NCBI GenBank assembly: GCA_963789335.1
Contig: CAWBKH010000005.1
Coordinates: forward strand, 273,948-337,947
Source of the DNA: an uncultured Verrucomicrobiae bacterium
GTDB taxonomy: Bacteria; Verrucomicrobiota; Verrucomicrobiia; Limisphaerales; UBA11358
Length of the DNA: 64,000 bases
Direction of reading: 5' to 3'
A program made the position numbers and the translations under genes. Positions 20,774-30,775 of this stretch are shown here, piece after piece. The stretch's first letter is position 1. Each line of letters begins with the position of its first letter. The notes beneath the pieces were generated by a model that saw nothing but the letters and a program-made list of their open reading frames with translations, made no database searches and was not told where the DNA came from.

Positions 20774-23314
20774 ATGAACACCCATTGGAGAGTTTTAATC
20801 TTGGCTGCCGTGTGCATTAGGCTATGCGGCAATGTGACACAGGCTCAAGTAATCAACTTCGACGTGCCCGGCGGCGTTGCTGGTGCTGCAAATTATTCCG
20901 GTCAAGGCGCTTATTCTGATCCGGGCAATAATTATTGGAACCCGGTTGTGGGGAACGGCACTACCGGCGCTACACTCTTATCTGATGGGATCACTGCGAG
21001 TCCCATAACACTGACGTCCCAGATGGGTGGCACCTATGGCACTCAGGGAACGCAAGGCACTCCGGCGGCGTTGCAGCAACCCTACCAGTACAACAATGCT
21101 GTTCTCAGGACAGACACGCTTAATAATGTTCCCGCTGGCACCTATAACCTGTATCTTTATGGTATAAATAATACCGGCACGCGGGGAACAACCTTTACGG
21201 TATCCACTCCGTCGATGTCTCTCCTCAACCTGAGCACCAGCAACACACCAGCGAGTTTAACTACCTTCATATTGGGTGCTGATTATGTCATCTTCAGCAA
21301 TGTGGTCGTGGGGACAGCGGGGGCGATTACCTTTACTTGGACGGCCAACCCCAATGTGACTGTCTCGGGAAACAACGAAGGCGACTTCAACGCCCTTCAA
21401 CTCGTGTTCGTTTCAACCAACACAGTGGTCACCAATCAGTCTGGTCCGAATTTTGGTCCGAACGTTTACTTGTTCAGTCCTTCCACGCCGACAACCACCA
21501 TCCAGAATACTCTCAACACCCTTTTTGGACAACAGAACAATGTGAACTCGAGCCAATTCGACGCCAACCGGTACGCCGTTCTTTTTGAACCCGGAACGTA
21601 TAACGTGACCATTAACATGGGCTACTACATGCAAATACTCGGGTTGGGCCAATCGCCCGATGGTGTCACCATCAACGGGGGGCTGCAATGTTTCAATTTT
21701 GGCGGTCAGTCCACCCAAAATTTTTGGATGTCCGCTGAGAATATGGCCGTGAATCCCAGCGGGAGCAGCGGCACTATGACATGGTCCGTTTCGCAGGGCA
21801 CCTCCCTTCGCCGTATGCATATCGAAGGCAAATTGAACGTGTCAGATGGAACCTATTGTAGCGGCGGTTTCCTGGCCGATTCCAAGGTGGATTCCACAAT
21901 CAGCTCCATTTCCCAGCAACAATGGCTCTCCAGAAATGACATTTGGGCAAACTGGTCCGGTCAGGTATGGAACATGGTGTTTGTGGGCGTTTCCAATCCG
22001 CCTTCCGGAACCTGGCCCGGTTCCAAATACACGATCATCACCAACACACCATTGATCCGGGAAAAGCCCTATTTGTACGTTGATAGCAGCACCAATTTCT
22101 TCGTCATGGTGCCGAATCTTGAAACCAATAGTTTGGGGACCAGTTGGGCCAGCGGACCAACTCCCGGAGTTTCAGTCCCCATCAGCCAGTTCTATCTGGC
22201 GCAACCGGGCGTGGACAATGCCGGAACCATTAATGCCGCGCTGAGTTCGGGGATGGACCTGATATTAACCCCGGGGATTTATCATCTGACCAACAGCATT
22301 CTCGTGACGCAGCCGGATACGATTGTGATGGGGCTGGGATTCCCTACGCTGGTGCCTGCCAATGGAAATCCCGCCATGGTGATCTCGGATGTTGATGGCG
22401 TGAAGGTGTCAGATATTTTATTTGATGCCGGAACCACCGCCTCACCTGCATTGTTGGAAGTGGGGCCTCCGGGCAGTTCGCTGGATCATTCCGCGGACCC
22501 CATTTGTCTGTATGACGTTCACAGCCGGGTGGGTGGACAGTTCGCTGGCACCACCACCACCTGCTTCACGATTAATGCCAACAATGTCATCGGTGACAAC
22601 ATCTGGTTGTGGCGGGCGGATCATGGCACCGGCGTCGGCTGGACTCAGAATGCATCCAACAACGGCCTGGTGGTGAATGGCAATAACGTGACCATCTACG
22701 GTCTTTTCGTCGAGCATCACGAGCAGTATCAGACGTTGTGGAATGGCAATTGGGGACGGGTTTATTTTTACCAGTCCGAATTGCCCTATGACGCGCCGAA
22801 TCAGAGCGCCTGGACGCACAACGGCGTGAACGGTTATGCGTCCTACAAAGTTGCGGACGGCGTCACCAGCCATCAAGCCTATGGGCTTGGCATTTATGGT
22901 GTGTTCCAAACTTCAAACGTAAAATGCTTTAATACCATCGAGACGCCAACCAATCAGCAAGTCAACGTGCATGATATGATAAATGTTCTTATAGAAGCGC
23001 AGACCGGCAGCGAAATGACTCATATCATCAACGGCACTGGCGCAACGCTCACTACCGGTGGCCAGGCAACGGCCAACTATCTGTGGCAGAATCCGGCCTT
23101 TGCCATCAGCGCGGGTCTGGATAACACCGGAACGAACATCGCCATTACCTTGCCCACCGAGTCGTGGCATACTTATCAACTACAGTACAAGAACGCAGTG
23201 ACCGATCCAAGCTGGTCGAATCTTGGCAGTCCTTTCGGAGGGAACGACACGTTGGAGACAGTCACTGATTCAACTACGGCAACCAACCGGTTTTACCGTG
23301 TCATGGCCCGGTAA
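20774..23314 (+). CDS. Secreted right-handed beta-helix glycosidase-like protein with shared C-terminal domain
   Basis: Signal peptide. FGPNVYLFSPS...RYAVLFEPGTYNV...ILGLGQSPDGVTING...IWLWRADHG...LFVEHH pattern. From memory this matches a family often annotated 'coagulation factor 5/8 domain protein' or 'adenylyl cyclase' with a pectate-lyase-like fold. Tail ends NRFYRVMAR. Confidence 0.65.
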   Translation: MNTHWRVLILAAVCIRLCGNVTQAQVINFDVPGGVAGAANYSGQGAYSDPGNNYWNPVVGNGTTGATLLSDGITASPITLTSQMGGTYGTQGTQGTPAALQQPYQYNNAVLRTDTLNNVPAGTYNLYLYGINNTGTRGTTFTVSTPSMSLLNLSTSNTPASLTTFILGADYVIFSNVVVGTAGAITFTWTANPNVTVSGNNEGDFNALQLVFVSTNTVVTNQSGPNFGPNVYLFSPSTPTTTIQNTLNTLFGQQNNVNSSQFDANRYAVLFEPGTYNVTINMGYYMQILGLGQSPDGVTINGGLQCFNFGGQSTQNFWMSAENMAVNPSGSSGTMTWSVSQGTSLRRMHIEGKLNVSDGTYCSGGFLADSKVDSTISSISQQQWLSRNDIWANWSGQVWNMVFVGVSNPPSGTWPGSKYTIITNTPLIREKPYLYVDSSTNFFVMVPNLETNSLGTSWASGPTPGVSVPISQFYLAQPGVDNAGTINAALSSGMDLILTPGIYHLTNSILVTQPDTIVMGLGFPTLVPANGNPAMVISDVDGVKVSDILFDAGTTASPALLEVGPPGSSLDHSADPICLYDVHSRVGGQFAGTTTTCFTINANNVIGDNIWLWRADHGTGVGWTQNASNNGLVVNGNNVTIYGLFVEHHEQYQTLWNGNWGRVYFYQSELPYDAPNQSAWTHNGVNGYASYKVADGVTSHQAYGLGIYGVFQTSNVKCFNTIETPTNQQVNVHDMINVLIEAQTGSEMTHIINGTGATLTTGGQATANYLWQNPAFAISAGLDNTGTNIAITLPTESWHTYQLQYKNAVTDPSWSNLGSPFGGNDTLETVTDSTTATNRFYRVMAR

Positions 23315-23700
23315 TCGCCGCTCCCGGCCTTCGTCCAGCCGGGATGGTAAAGGAGAATATTCGGGCGATTGGCCGCTGTCTTTAATGGTCGGCAGGTCCG
23401 CTTGAGCCGGCTGTGGCTGATTGTTTCGTTGCATCAAAAGGCGGGGAATTTTGTTCCAAGACGTTGCAACGGAACGATTTTGAAATTGGCTGGAACAGCA
23501 AGAATACTCAATGTTCGTAATATTTTGGATTATTTCGGATAAATTTGTAAAAAAATGTTGACAAAAATTGAAAAAGATAACAAAGTGATGAATAAACATT
23601 CACATAGTGAAGGGTGCTTTAATGGCCCGTTGTGCCTTTTGTCAATTGAAATGTCAGTGTTGAATTGTCAAATATAACCGAAAACAAACATATTGGTGTT

Positions 23701-26700
23701 ATGAAAACCCCCGAAACGTTCCCTCAACCTCGAAAACACTCAGTACTGGCTTGGTTCAGCAAAGCCGGTGTGAGATTTATTGCGACCGCGTGCGCCGCCA
23801 TCGCGGTCTGCTTCGCTTTGACCAGCCACGCAACAAATATCCTGGTCAATCCAGGCTTTGACGCAATCCCAGGCTTTACTGGTTGGTCGGCGCACACCAC
23901 GGAAACTTGGAACATCGCCACTCACACCGATCAGTATATCAGTGCGCCCAATGATTTGTGGATGCAGGGTTTGTATGGAAACGGCGGCGCGAGTCTAAGT
24001 TCTTACGTTACGTATGCCTATCAGACTTTTTCCACTACGCCGGGTAATACCTATACTGCGGATGCTCATTTCTCGCAGTATGTTCTGTTTTTTGGCGTCG
24101 CCGGCACGCCAACCGAGGGTGGTGATGACCTAACTGCCAATACCAGCCCAACCGGCGCTAGCGGTCTGTTTGGTAACAATGACGCCACGAGTGGTTACTA
24201 CGAAGATGGATGGGTTGAAGTTGCGTTCTTGGATGCATCCAGCAATATCCTGGCGGATTACAGATCAATCATCATCAATCCGGCATTCGTGCAGAGTCTC
24301 ACGAACAACCCAAGCGATATAACCTCGCAGGTAGTACCCTCTGTCAATACCAATTACCCCCCCCCGGCAATGGTTACCAATGTTTATCTGAATTGGATGG
24401 ATGTTCAGGTGACCAACCAATACAAGCCGAGCACACTCGTGCCAAATACCGATCCTGATCCGCTGAACCCGTACTTTCCAGGAACGGCACAGATTACCAA
24501 TACTCTGGGAGCCGGTCAGGTCATGGTGGCCCCGGCTGGTGCGGTAAAAATAATATTCGCCCTGTGTGTATGTCAGACGAGCTACGCGTCGGGCGCGCCT
24601 CACTGGGATGATTGCAGCTTGAACCAGGTGAGCGGATTCCAGCCAGATGTGATCAGCGGAGTTACGCCCAGCAGCGGGGTGATGTTAACCAACACCAGCC
24701 TTACGTTCAATGTCCAGTCGCCTGTCGGAACCACCACCGCGACCAATGGCATAAAAGTGGTGGTAAATACAACCCCTGCTAATAGTACCGGTTTGCCGAC
24801 AGGTGGCGTTGACGAATCGAGCAGCCTCGTATTCTCTGGAAACAGCGCCAACTGGAACGTGACTTTGCCGGGATTTACCACCCCCAACAACGTTTATACC
24901 ATCAGCATCTCGGCCACCAACAGCGCCGGCTTGGTTGCCACGGCCAGCAGTCGGTTCGATACCTTCTCCCCCACCAACTTTGTTGTCGAGTGTGAAGACT
25001 ACGACTACAATGGCGGCCAATACATTCAGAATCCGATTCCCACCAACAACACCGCGGCAACCAGCTACTGGGGAAGGTCTGGCATACCAGGCACTGACTA
25101 TGACATCTTTTCCGGCGGAGTTGCGGGTGGTGGCAATAACTTACAGCCCAATTATCCCAACCGCGGCACAAATACCGATGCGGCTTGGCAGATACCGAAT
25201 GACCCTGAACTGCCACTATACGTTGCGCAAAGCAATAACGCCATTTATAATGTAACCATAGCCTACAACAATCCGGGTAATTGGTACGAATACACCCGGA
25301 ATTATCCAACCGGCAATTATATTATATATGCGCGCATGTCCGCGGGTAACGGTGCGGGTTCACAAGAATATCTCAATCGGTTGACCGGCGGGAATGGTAC
25401 CCCAACTCAGACGACCACCAATGTCGGGACGTTTCTCTTCAATAATAACGATTATACCTCCTATTATTGGGTGCCGCTACAGGACGCTAATGGCAATACG
25501 CTCATCGTGAGCTTGCCGGGCGGCCCGCAAACCCTCCAATTGGTCAGCGGCACCCCCACCGCCGGTTGCAACGTGAGTTACTTCATGTTCGCCCCGTTGC
25601 CGCCCAATGGATTGCCCCCGGATATAAAAAATCTAAACCCGGCGCTTAACACAGGTGGGAACGTATTTGTGACTACTAACAAATTAACCTTCACGGTCAG
25701 TTCTTACAACAATACAATTGCGACCAGCGATATCCACACGTATTTGAACGGCACGGATGTCTCGGCCTCAGAAACCTTCACGGGTTATAACACGAATTGG
25801 GCGGTGAGTGTTCCGCTGTCATTGCCCGCCAATCAGGTGAATCAGACCTTCGGCATAAGCGCCAAGGACTCCAAGGGAAATACCAACGGTGTTTCTGGGT
25901 CCTTTGACACCTTCAGTCAGAACAACTACATGATTGAAGCGGAGGACTTTGACTTCAACGGCGGCCAGTTTATTGACAACCCGTTTCCAACCGCGCCGCT
26001 TTATGTTGCCGTCAACAGTTATGGCGTTGCACCCGCGGGTAATCAGGCCAATCTTTCCGTGCTGGGCGTGGATGTGACCACTACCAACGTTACCACTGCC
26101 GAGACGTATCTTTACCGGATATATGATAACAATGTTGGCACAGAAGTGACCTCGGACTACCTCCGTTCGAAGTTTTATAATATTTCGGGCGGAAACGGAG
26201 AGCCGGCTAACACGACCAATAGCGACTATGACGTAGGATGGTGGCCGCCGGGGACGTGGCTGAATTATACCCGCACCTTCCCCACCGGTACTTATAATGT
26301 CTGGGGCCGGCTGGCTAGTGGCGGAGCCTATACTAATGCCACGCTGAGTTTGGTGACTACCGGGCAGCAGTTGGGCACGTTCGCTGATCCAAACGCCAAC
26401 GGGTTCCAAAACTGGCATTGGGTGGAGATGATGAGCAATGGCGCTCCGGCAGTAGTCACGCTCGGCGGCGTTGAGAAATTAAAGGTGACCGCTCCCCCAG
26501 GGAACGCCACAGGAAGCCTCAATGCGAACTTCTACATGTTTGTGGCGACCGTGCCCGCCCCGGTTCTGACGGTTTCCAGGACCGCAAGCACTCTCTCCAT
26601 CACGTTCGCCACTTACACTGGAAACACTTATATCGTCCAATGGACTGGCAGCTTGAGCGGCACGCCCACGTGGACGACGTTGACCACCATTTCTGGTGAC

Positions 26701-26775
26701 GGCTCTAACCATACCGCCACGGACACGGTGGGCGCATCACCGCGGTTTTACCGGGTGGAAGTAACAACCCCGTAA
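23701..26775 (+). CDS. Large secreted non-catalytic carbohydrate-binding-type protein (CBM4_9-like N-terminus; two Ig-like plus CBM6/35-like units; shared C-terminal domain)
   Basis: Signal peptide. NILVNPGFD start typical of CBM4_9-like modules. Duplicated FVVECEDYDYNGGQYIQNP / YMIEAEDFDFNGGQFIDNP modules. Tail ends PRFYRVEVTTP. No hydrolase motif seen. Confidence 0.65.
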   Translation: MKTPETFPQPRKHSVLAWFSKAGVRFIATACAAIAVCFALTSHATNILVNPGFDAIPGFTGWSAHTTETWNIATHTDQYISAPNDLWMQGLYGNGGASLSSYVTYAYQTFSTTPGNTYTADAHFSQYVLFFGVAGTPTEGGDDLTANTSPTGASGLFGNNDATSGYYEDGWVEVAFLDASSNILADYRSIIINPAFVQSLTNNPSDITSQVVPSVNTNYPPPAMVTNVYLNWMDVQVTNQYKPSTLVPNTDPDPLNPYFPGTAQITNTLGAGQVMVAPAGAVKIIFALCVCQTSYASGAPHWDDCSLNQVSGFQPDVISGVTPSSGVMLTNTSLTFNVQSPVGTTTATNGIKVVVNTTPANSTGLPTGGVDESSSLVFSGNSANWNVTLPGFTTPNNVYTISISATNSAGLVATASSRFDTFSPTNFVVECEDYDYNGGQYIQNPIPTNNTAATSYWGRSGIPGTDYDIFSGGVAGGGNNLQPNYPNRGTNTDAAWQIPNDPELPLYVAQSNNAIYNVTIAYNNPGNWYEYTRNYPTGNYIIYARMSAGNGAGSQEYLNRLTGGNGTPTQTTTNVGTFLFNNNDYTSYYWVPLQDANGNTLIVSLPGGPQTLQLVSGTPTAGCNVSYFMFAPLPPNGLPPDIKNLNPALNTGGNVFVTTNKLTFTVSSYNNTIATSDIHTYLNGTDVSASETFTGYNTNWAVSVPLSLPANQVNQTFGISAKDSKGNTNGVSGSFDTFSQNNYMIEAEDFDFNGGQFIDNPFPTAPLYVAVNSYGVAPAGNQANLSVLGVDVTTTNVTTAETYLYRIYDNNVGTEVTSDYLRSKFYNISGGNGEPANTTNSDYDVGWWPPGTWLNYTRTFPTGTYNVWGRLASGGAYTNATLSLVTTGQQLGTFADPNANGFQNWHWVEMMSNGAPAVVTLGGVEKLKVTAPPGNATGSLNANFYMFVATVPAPVLTVSRTASTLSITFATYTGNTYIVQWTGSLSGTPTWTTLTTISGDGSNHTATDTVGASPRFYRVEVTTP

Positions 26776-26818
26776 GGGGACTGCTGGAATGTGAAGTGAT
26801 TTGAGAAAACAACCGGGT

Positions 26819-26843
26819 CGGCACCGAAGTAAAATCGGTGCCG
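26819..26843 (+). terminator. Hairpin after the binding-protein gene
   Basis: cggcaccga-agtaaaa-tcggtgccg, a 9-bp stem. No clear T-run. Confidence 0.3.
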
Positions 26844-26913
26844 GCCTGTTGGCCGGGTAAAAAGTTAATAAGAATAAGTTGAAAATTGAGCCGTTAATTG
26901 TAGATTTCAAGTA

Positions 26914-27852
26914 ATGAAGACAAATGAGCCAAAAATGAAGGCCGCTTTCCGACGTAATATGCAAGGCGATTGCGACGTGGAACAGAAACAAAGATTTCGT
27001 TCAGCCGGCTTTACCTTGATCGAGTTGCTGGTGGTGATAGCCATTATTGCCATCCTGGCGGCGATGCTGTTGCCGGCTCTGGCCAAGGCCAAACAAAAGG
27101 CCCAGACCATGCAATGCCTGTCCAATGAGAAGCAGTTGTCGCTGGCGTGGTTGATGTATGCCAGCGACAATAGCGACTATCTGGTGGGGAACCGGGGCCT
27201 TGACGGTCAGCCCCCTAATCTGAACGAAAACCCCCTGACCGACGTCAATCTCCAACCCGGAGGGATATATGCTCAATGGTGTCCCGGCAACATACAGATA
27301 TTGGGATGTGACATTAATCAAGACAAATGGATTGAGGCGGGGATGCTCTATCCCTATCTCAAGAGTCTTCTGGTTTACCACTGCCCGGCCGACAAGACGG
27401 TGGTTCCCCGTTCGGCGGCCGCGTTTGCGCAAAAACCCGCTCTGCGCACCTATTCATTGAATTGCTGGGTGGGTTCCGTGAATAATAATGGTGCTGCTCA
27501 AGCTTGGAATGGGATTCAAAACTACATCGTTTATACGAAGCTCGCGAATATGGTCAACCCCGGCCCCAGCAAGACTTTTGTTTTTATCGAGGAAAATCCT
27601 GCCAGCATTGACGACGGCTATTTTGCCGTGGATCCAACCAATCCGAACGAGTGGTATAACAGTCCGGCGTGTTTGCATGGCAATTCCAGTGTGCTGGCGT
27701 ATGCCGATGGACATGCGCAGGCGCGCCTGTGGACGGACAATAACATGATCCACGATGTGAATCCACAAATTCCACCCGGAGACAATGTTCCGGCTACCGC
27801 CGGCAATCAGGATTTGCCTTGGTTGATTTCAGTTACCACAGCTCATAAATAG
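26914..27852 (+). CDS. Prepilin-type N-terminal cleavage/methylation protein of the H-X9-DG class (DUF1559-like)
   Basis: G|[24 protein letters not shown] pilin leader and helix. C-terminal [13 protein letters not shown] is an exact H-X9-DG. Confidence 0.85.
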   Translation: MKTNEPKMKAAFRRNMQGDCDVEQKQRFRSAGFTLIELLVVIAIIAILAAMLLPALAKAKQKAQTMQCLSNEKQLSLAWLMYASDNSDYLVGNRGLDGQPPNLNENPLTDVNLQPGGIYAQWCPGNIQILGCDINQDKWIEAGMLYPYLKSLLVYHCPADKTVVPRSAAAFAQKPALRTYSLNCWVGSVNNNGAAQAWNGIQNYIVYTKLANMVNPGPSKTFVFIEENPASIDDGYFAVDPTNPNEWYNSPACLHGNSSVLAYADGHAQARLWTDNNMIHDVNPQIPPGDNVPATAGNQDLPWLISVTTAHK

Positions 27853-28135
27853 GCAAAATTCAGTCCACAGATTTTTTAGCTTCCAGGTTTATGATGTTTG
27901 TGGGTGATTTTGTTTGTACTGGAAGCTGTGGAATCGGTTCGGCTAGGGACCTGGCATTCTGCCGGTCGGTAGTTGGGGGCGGGATGAAAATGGTCAGCGT
28001 CCGTGGACTAAACACCCGGTGTGATTTGCAGATAACAAACCCGCGTTCCTTTGCAGAGGCTTCCGCGCCGTTTTATTTCCCTGAGCAGTCACCAACACGA
28101 TAACCAGTCCCGTTTAAATTCAATCCATAATTGTT

Positions 28136-29170
28136 ATGTTTCACAGACCTTGTTTATCTTCCGCTGGTCAGACCAAATGCGTGTCGCGACTGCTTGTTGT
28201 CCTGTCCGGTTTTACTATCCCAATGTTGTTGTGCCAGGTCGCGCTGGCCGACACGAACATCGTCTGGAGCGACGAATTCAATGGCACATCTGTAGATTTG
28301 ACCAAATGGACATTTGAAACCGGCAACAATAACGGCTGGGGTAATGGCGAGCTTGAGTATTATACCGCCCGCACAAACAACGCTTATGTCAGTAATGGTG
28401 TGCTGCACATCGTGGCGCAACAGGAATCCTACGGCGGTTACAGTTTTACTTCCGCTCGCATGAAGACCCAGAACCACTACAATACACCTGTGTACGGTCA
28501 ATTTGAATGGCGCGCCAGACTGCCCTCCGGCGTCGGCATGTGGCCGGCGCTCTGGCTGTTGGGGTCGGATTACCCATCGGTTGGCTGGCCTGCCTGTGGG
28601 GAGATTGATGTTGTGGAAAATAACGGAGCTTCTCCGACATGGGTGCAGGGAAGCCTGCATTGGGGAACCAGCGGTGAAGTCAGCAGAACGGCCACGTACT
28701 ATTTTACCAGCCCGGACTCAGTTACCAACTGGCACACTTATGATTTGATTTGGAGGCTCGGTTCATTCCAGTATTTTGTGGATGGCAATCTTTATCAAAC
28801 CCAAACCGGTTTGACTTCGCCTTTCAACGCGCCATTCTTTTTCATAATGAACCTGGCGGTGGGGGGCCAGTATGTTGGCAGTCCTAGCGTCGGTACAATC
28901 GAGGCTGGCACCTCTTTTCCGCAGGAGGTGCAGGTGGATTATGTGCGGGTTTATGAAGATACCGCGCCCATGGTGATTTCATTTGCGCCGCAGCCGGATG
29001 GAAGTTTGCAATTGAGCTGGCCGACCAATATCGTCTGCCATTTGCAGGCGCAGACCAATTCCGTGGTTGGCGGCAACTGGACTGATGTTGCCGGTGGCGC
29101 CGCCAGTCCGTATGTTGTAATTCCCGATCCCAATCAGAGTGCCGTCTATTACCGTCTGGAATCGCCTTAA
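28136..29170 (+). CDS. GH16 beta-1,3(-1,4)-glucanase-like enzyme with shared C-terminal domain
   Basis: WSDEFNG...WGNGELEYYT...GEIDVVE catalytic motif. Signal peptide. Tail ends AVYYRLESP. Confidence 0.85.
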   Translation: MFHRPCLSSAGQTKCVSRLLVVLSGFTIPMLLCQVALADTNIVWSDEFNGTSVDLTKWTFETGNNNGWGNGELEYYTARTNNAYVSNGVLHIVAQQESYGGYSFTSARMKTQNHYNTPVYGQFEWRARLPSGVGMWPALWLLGSDYPSVGWPACGEIDVVENNGASPTWVQGSLHWGTSGEVSRTATYYFTSPDSVTNWHTYDLIWRLGSFQYFVDGNLYQTQTGLTSPFNAPFFFIMNLAVGGQYVGSPSVGTIEAGTSFPQEVQVDYVRVYEDTAPMVISFAPQPDGSLQLSWPTNIVCHLQAQTNSVVGGNWTDVAGGAASPYVVIPDPNQSAVYYRLESP

Positions 29171-29273
29171 AGCAGCGACCGGGACGTATTTGCCCTTAAT
29201 AAATTCCAGCCCCACGCCAGGAAGTACCTTGCGCGAGGGATGGAAATTTGTATTTTGGGAAGCGTAGCCAATT

Positions 29274-30728
29274 ATGATATACCGACTTATTTCCACCATT
29301 ATGCTGGGCCTGTTCATGGGCGCAACTGCGCCGGCTGAAGAGGCGGGAGCGACTCAAACCCGGGCTGCCGATTTTGCCACGAGGCCGGTTGTCGTTTACG
29401 TAACTGCCAAAGCCACGGGACAGCGGCTTGCCCGGACTGGTGAACTGCATTTTATTGATTTGCCGCAACCCACCGAAAAGCAACAGTGTGTTTTCGTGGA
29501 TCCGTCCAAGAAATTTCAGACGGTGCTTGGCATTGGCGGCGCTTTGACGGATGCCGCGGCAGAGACTTTTTACAAGCTTCCGAAGGAAAAACAGGAACAG
29601 ATTCTAAAGGCGTATTACGATGTGCGGGACGGCATTGGCTATACATTGGGACGCACCTCCATCAACAGTTGCGATTTCTCCAGCGAGAGCTACACCTATG
29701 TCACCAACGACGACGCGACCCTGGCCAGTTTCAACATCAGTCACGATTTGAAATATCGCATCCCGTTCATCAAGGAGGTGCTGGCGACCGCCGGCCGGAA
29801 AAACTTCACCTTGTTTGCCAGCCCGTGGAGTCCTCCGGCTTGGATGAAGGATAACGACGACATGTTGCATGGAGGCTCCTTGAAGCCCGAGTTTTACGAC
29901 GCCTGGGCCAGGTATTACGTCAAGTTCATCAAAGCCTACCAGCAGGCGGGCGTTCCGATCTGGGGGGTGACGGTGCAAAATGAACCGATGGCGGTGCAAC
30001 CGTGGGAATCCTGTGTTTACACGGCCGGGGAGGAACGTGATTTCGTAAAGAATTACCTTGGACCTATCATGGCCAAAAGCGGCCTCAAAGATAAAAAAAT
30101 CCTGATTTGGGATCACAACCGAAGCATGATGTATCAAAGGGCCGAAGTGGTTCTGGATGATCCCAATGCGGCGCAATACGTGTGGGGCGTGGCCTTTCAT
30201 TGGTACGTGGGCGATCACTTCGAGAACGTGAAACGTGTTCAGGAGGCCTTTCCCAAAACTCACTTGTTGTTCACCGAAGGTTGCAATGGTCCCTTTGACC
30301 AGGCGCAGATCCATGACTGGCAGTGGGGTGAAATCTATGGCAGATCCATGATCCACGATTTCAACAATGGCGCCGTTGGCTGGACGGACTGGAACGTGTT
30401 GCTGGACCAGGAGGGCGGGCCGAATCATGTTCAAAATTATTGTTTCGCCCCGATTATCGCCGACACCAAGACGGGGGAACTGACTTACATGAACGCCTAC
30501 TATTACCTCGGCCATTTTTCCAAATTTGTTCGTCCGGGTGCGCGGCGCATTATCAGTTCTTCAACCGTTGACGGCCTGTTGACGACTGCGTTTGAAAACA
30601 AGAATGGGCGGATTGCGGTAGTTGTCATGAATTCATCAGATACCGAACAGCCGTTTTTTCTGTGGCTGAACGGCAAAGCCGCAAAAACCAGCAGCCCTCC
30701 GCACTCCATCATGACCTTGGTCATCTAA
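29274..30728 (+). CDS. GH30 family glycosidase (glucosylceramidase / beta-1,6-glucanase-like)
   Basis: GIGGALTDAAA, ASPWSPPAWMK, WGVTVQNEP (acid/base Glu) and LFTEGC (nucleophile Glu). Confidence 0.85.
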   Translation: MIYRLISTIMLGLFMGATAPAEEAGATQTRAADFATRPVVVYVTAKATGQRLARTGELHFIDLPQPTEKQQCVFVDPSKKFQTVLGIGGALTDAAAETFYKLPKEKQEQILKAYYDVRDGIGYTLGRTSINSCDFSSESYTYVTNDDATLASFNISHDLKYRIPFIKEVLATAGRKNFTLFASPWSPPAWMKDNDDMLHGGSLKPEFYDAWARYYVKFIKAYQQAGVPIWGVTVQNEPMAVQPWESCVYTAGEERDFVKNYLGPIMAKSGLKDKKILIWDHNRSMMYQRAEVVLDDPNAAQYVWGVAFHWYVGDHFENVKRVQEAFPKTHLLFTEGCNGPFDQAQIHDWQWGEIYGRSMIHDFNNGAVGWTDWNVLLDQEGGPNHVQNYCFAPIIADTKTGELTYMNAYYYLGHFSKFVRPGARRIISSSTVDGLLTTAFENKNGRIAVVVMNSSDTEQPFFLWLNGKAAKTSSPPHSIMTLVI

Positions 30729-30775
30729 ACCCATATTAAGTGATGCGAGTTGATGTTGAGAATGTTTGCGCCACC

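Noticed and set aside
23559-23587. TTGACA box in the AT-rich spacer before the binding-protein gene, considered as a possible promoter.
   Set aside because: No acceptable -10 hexamer at 16-18 nt spacing (only caaagt or taacaa). The promoter consensus for this lineage is uncertain, so it is not reported as a feature.
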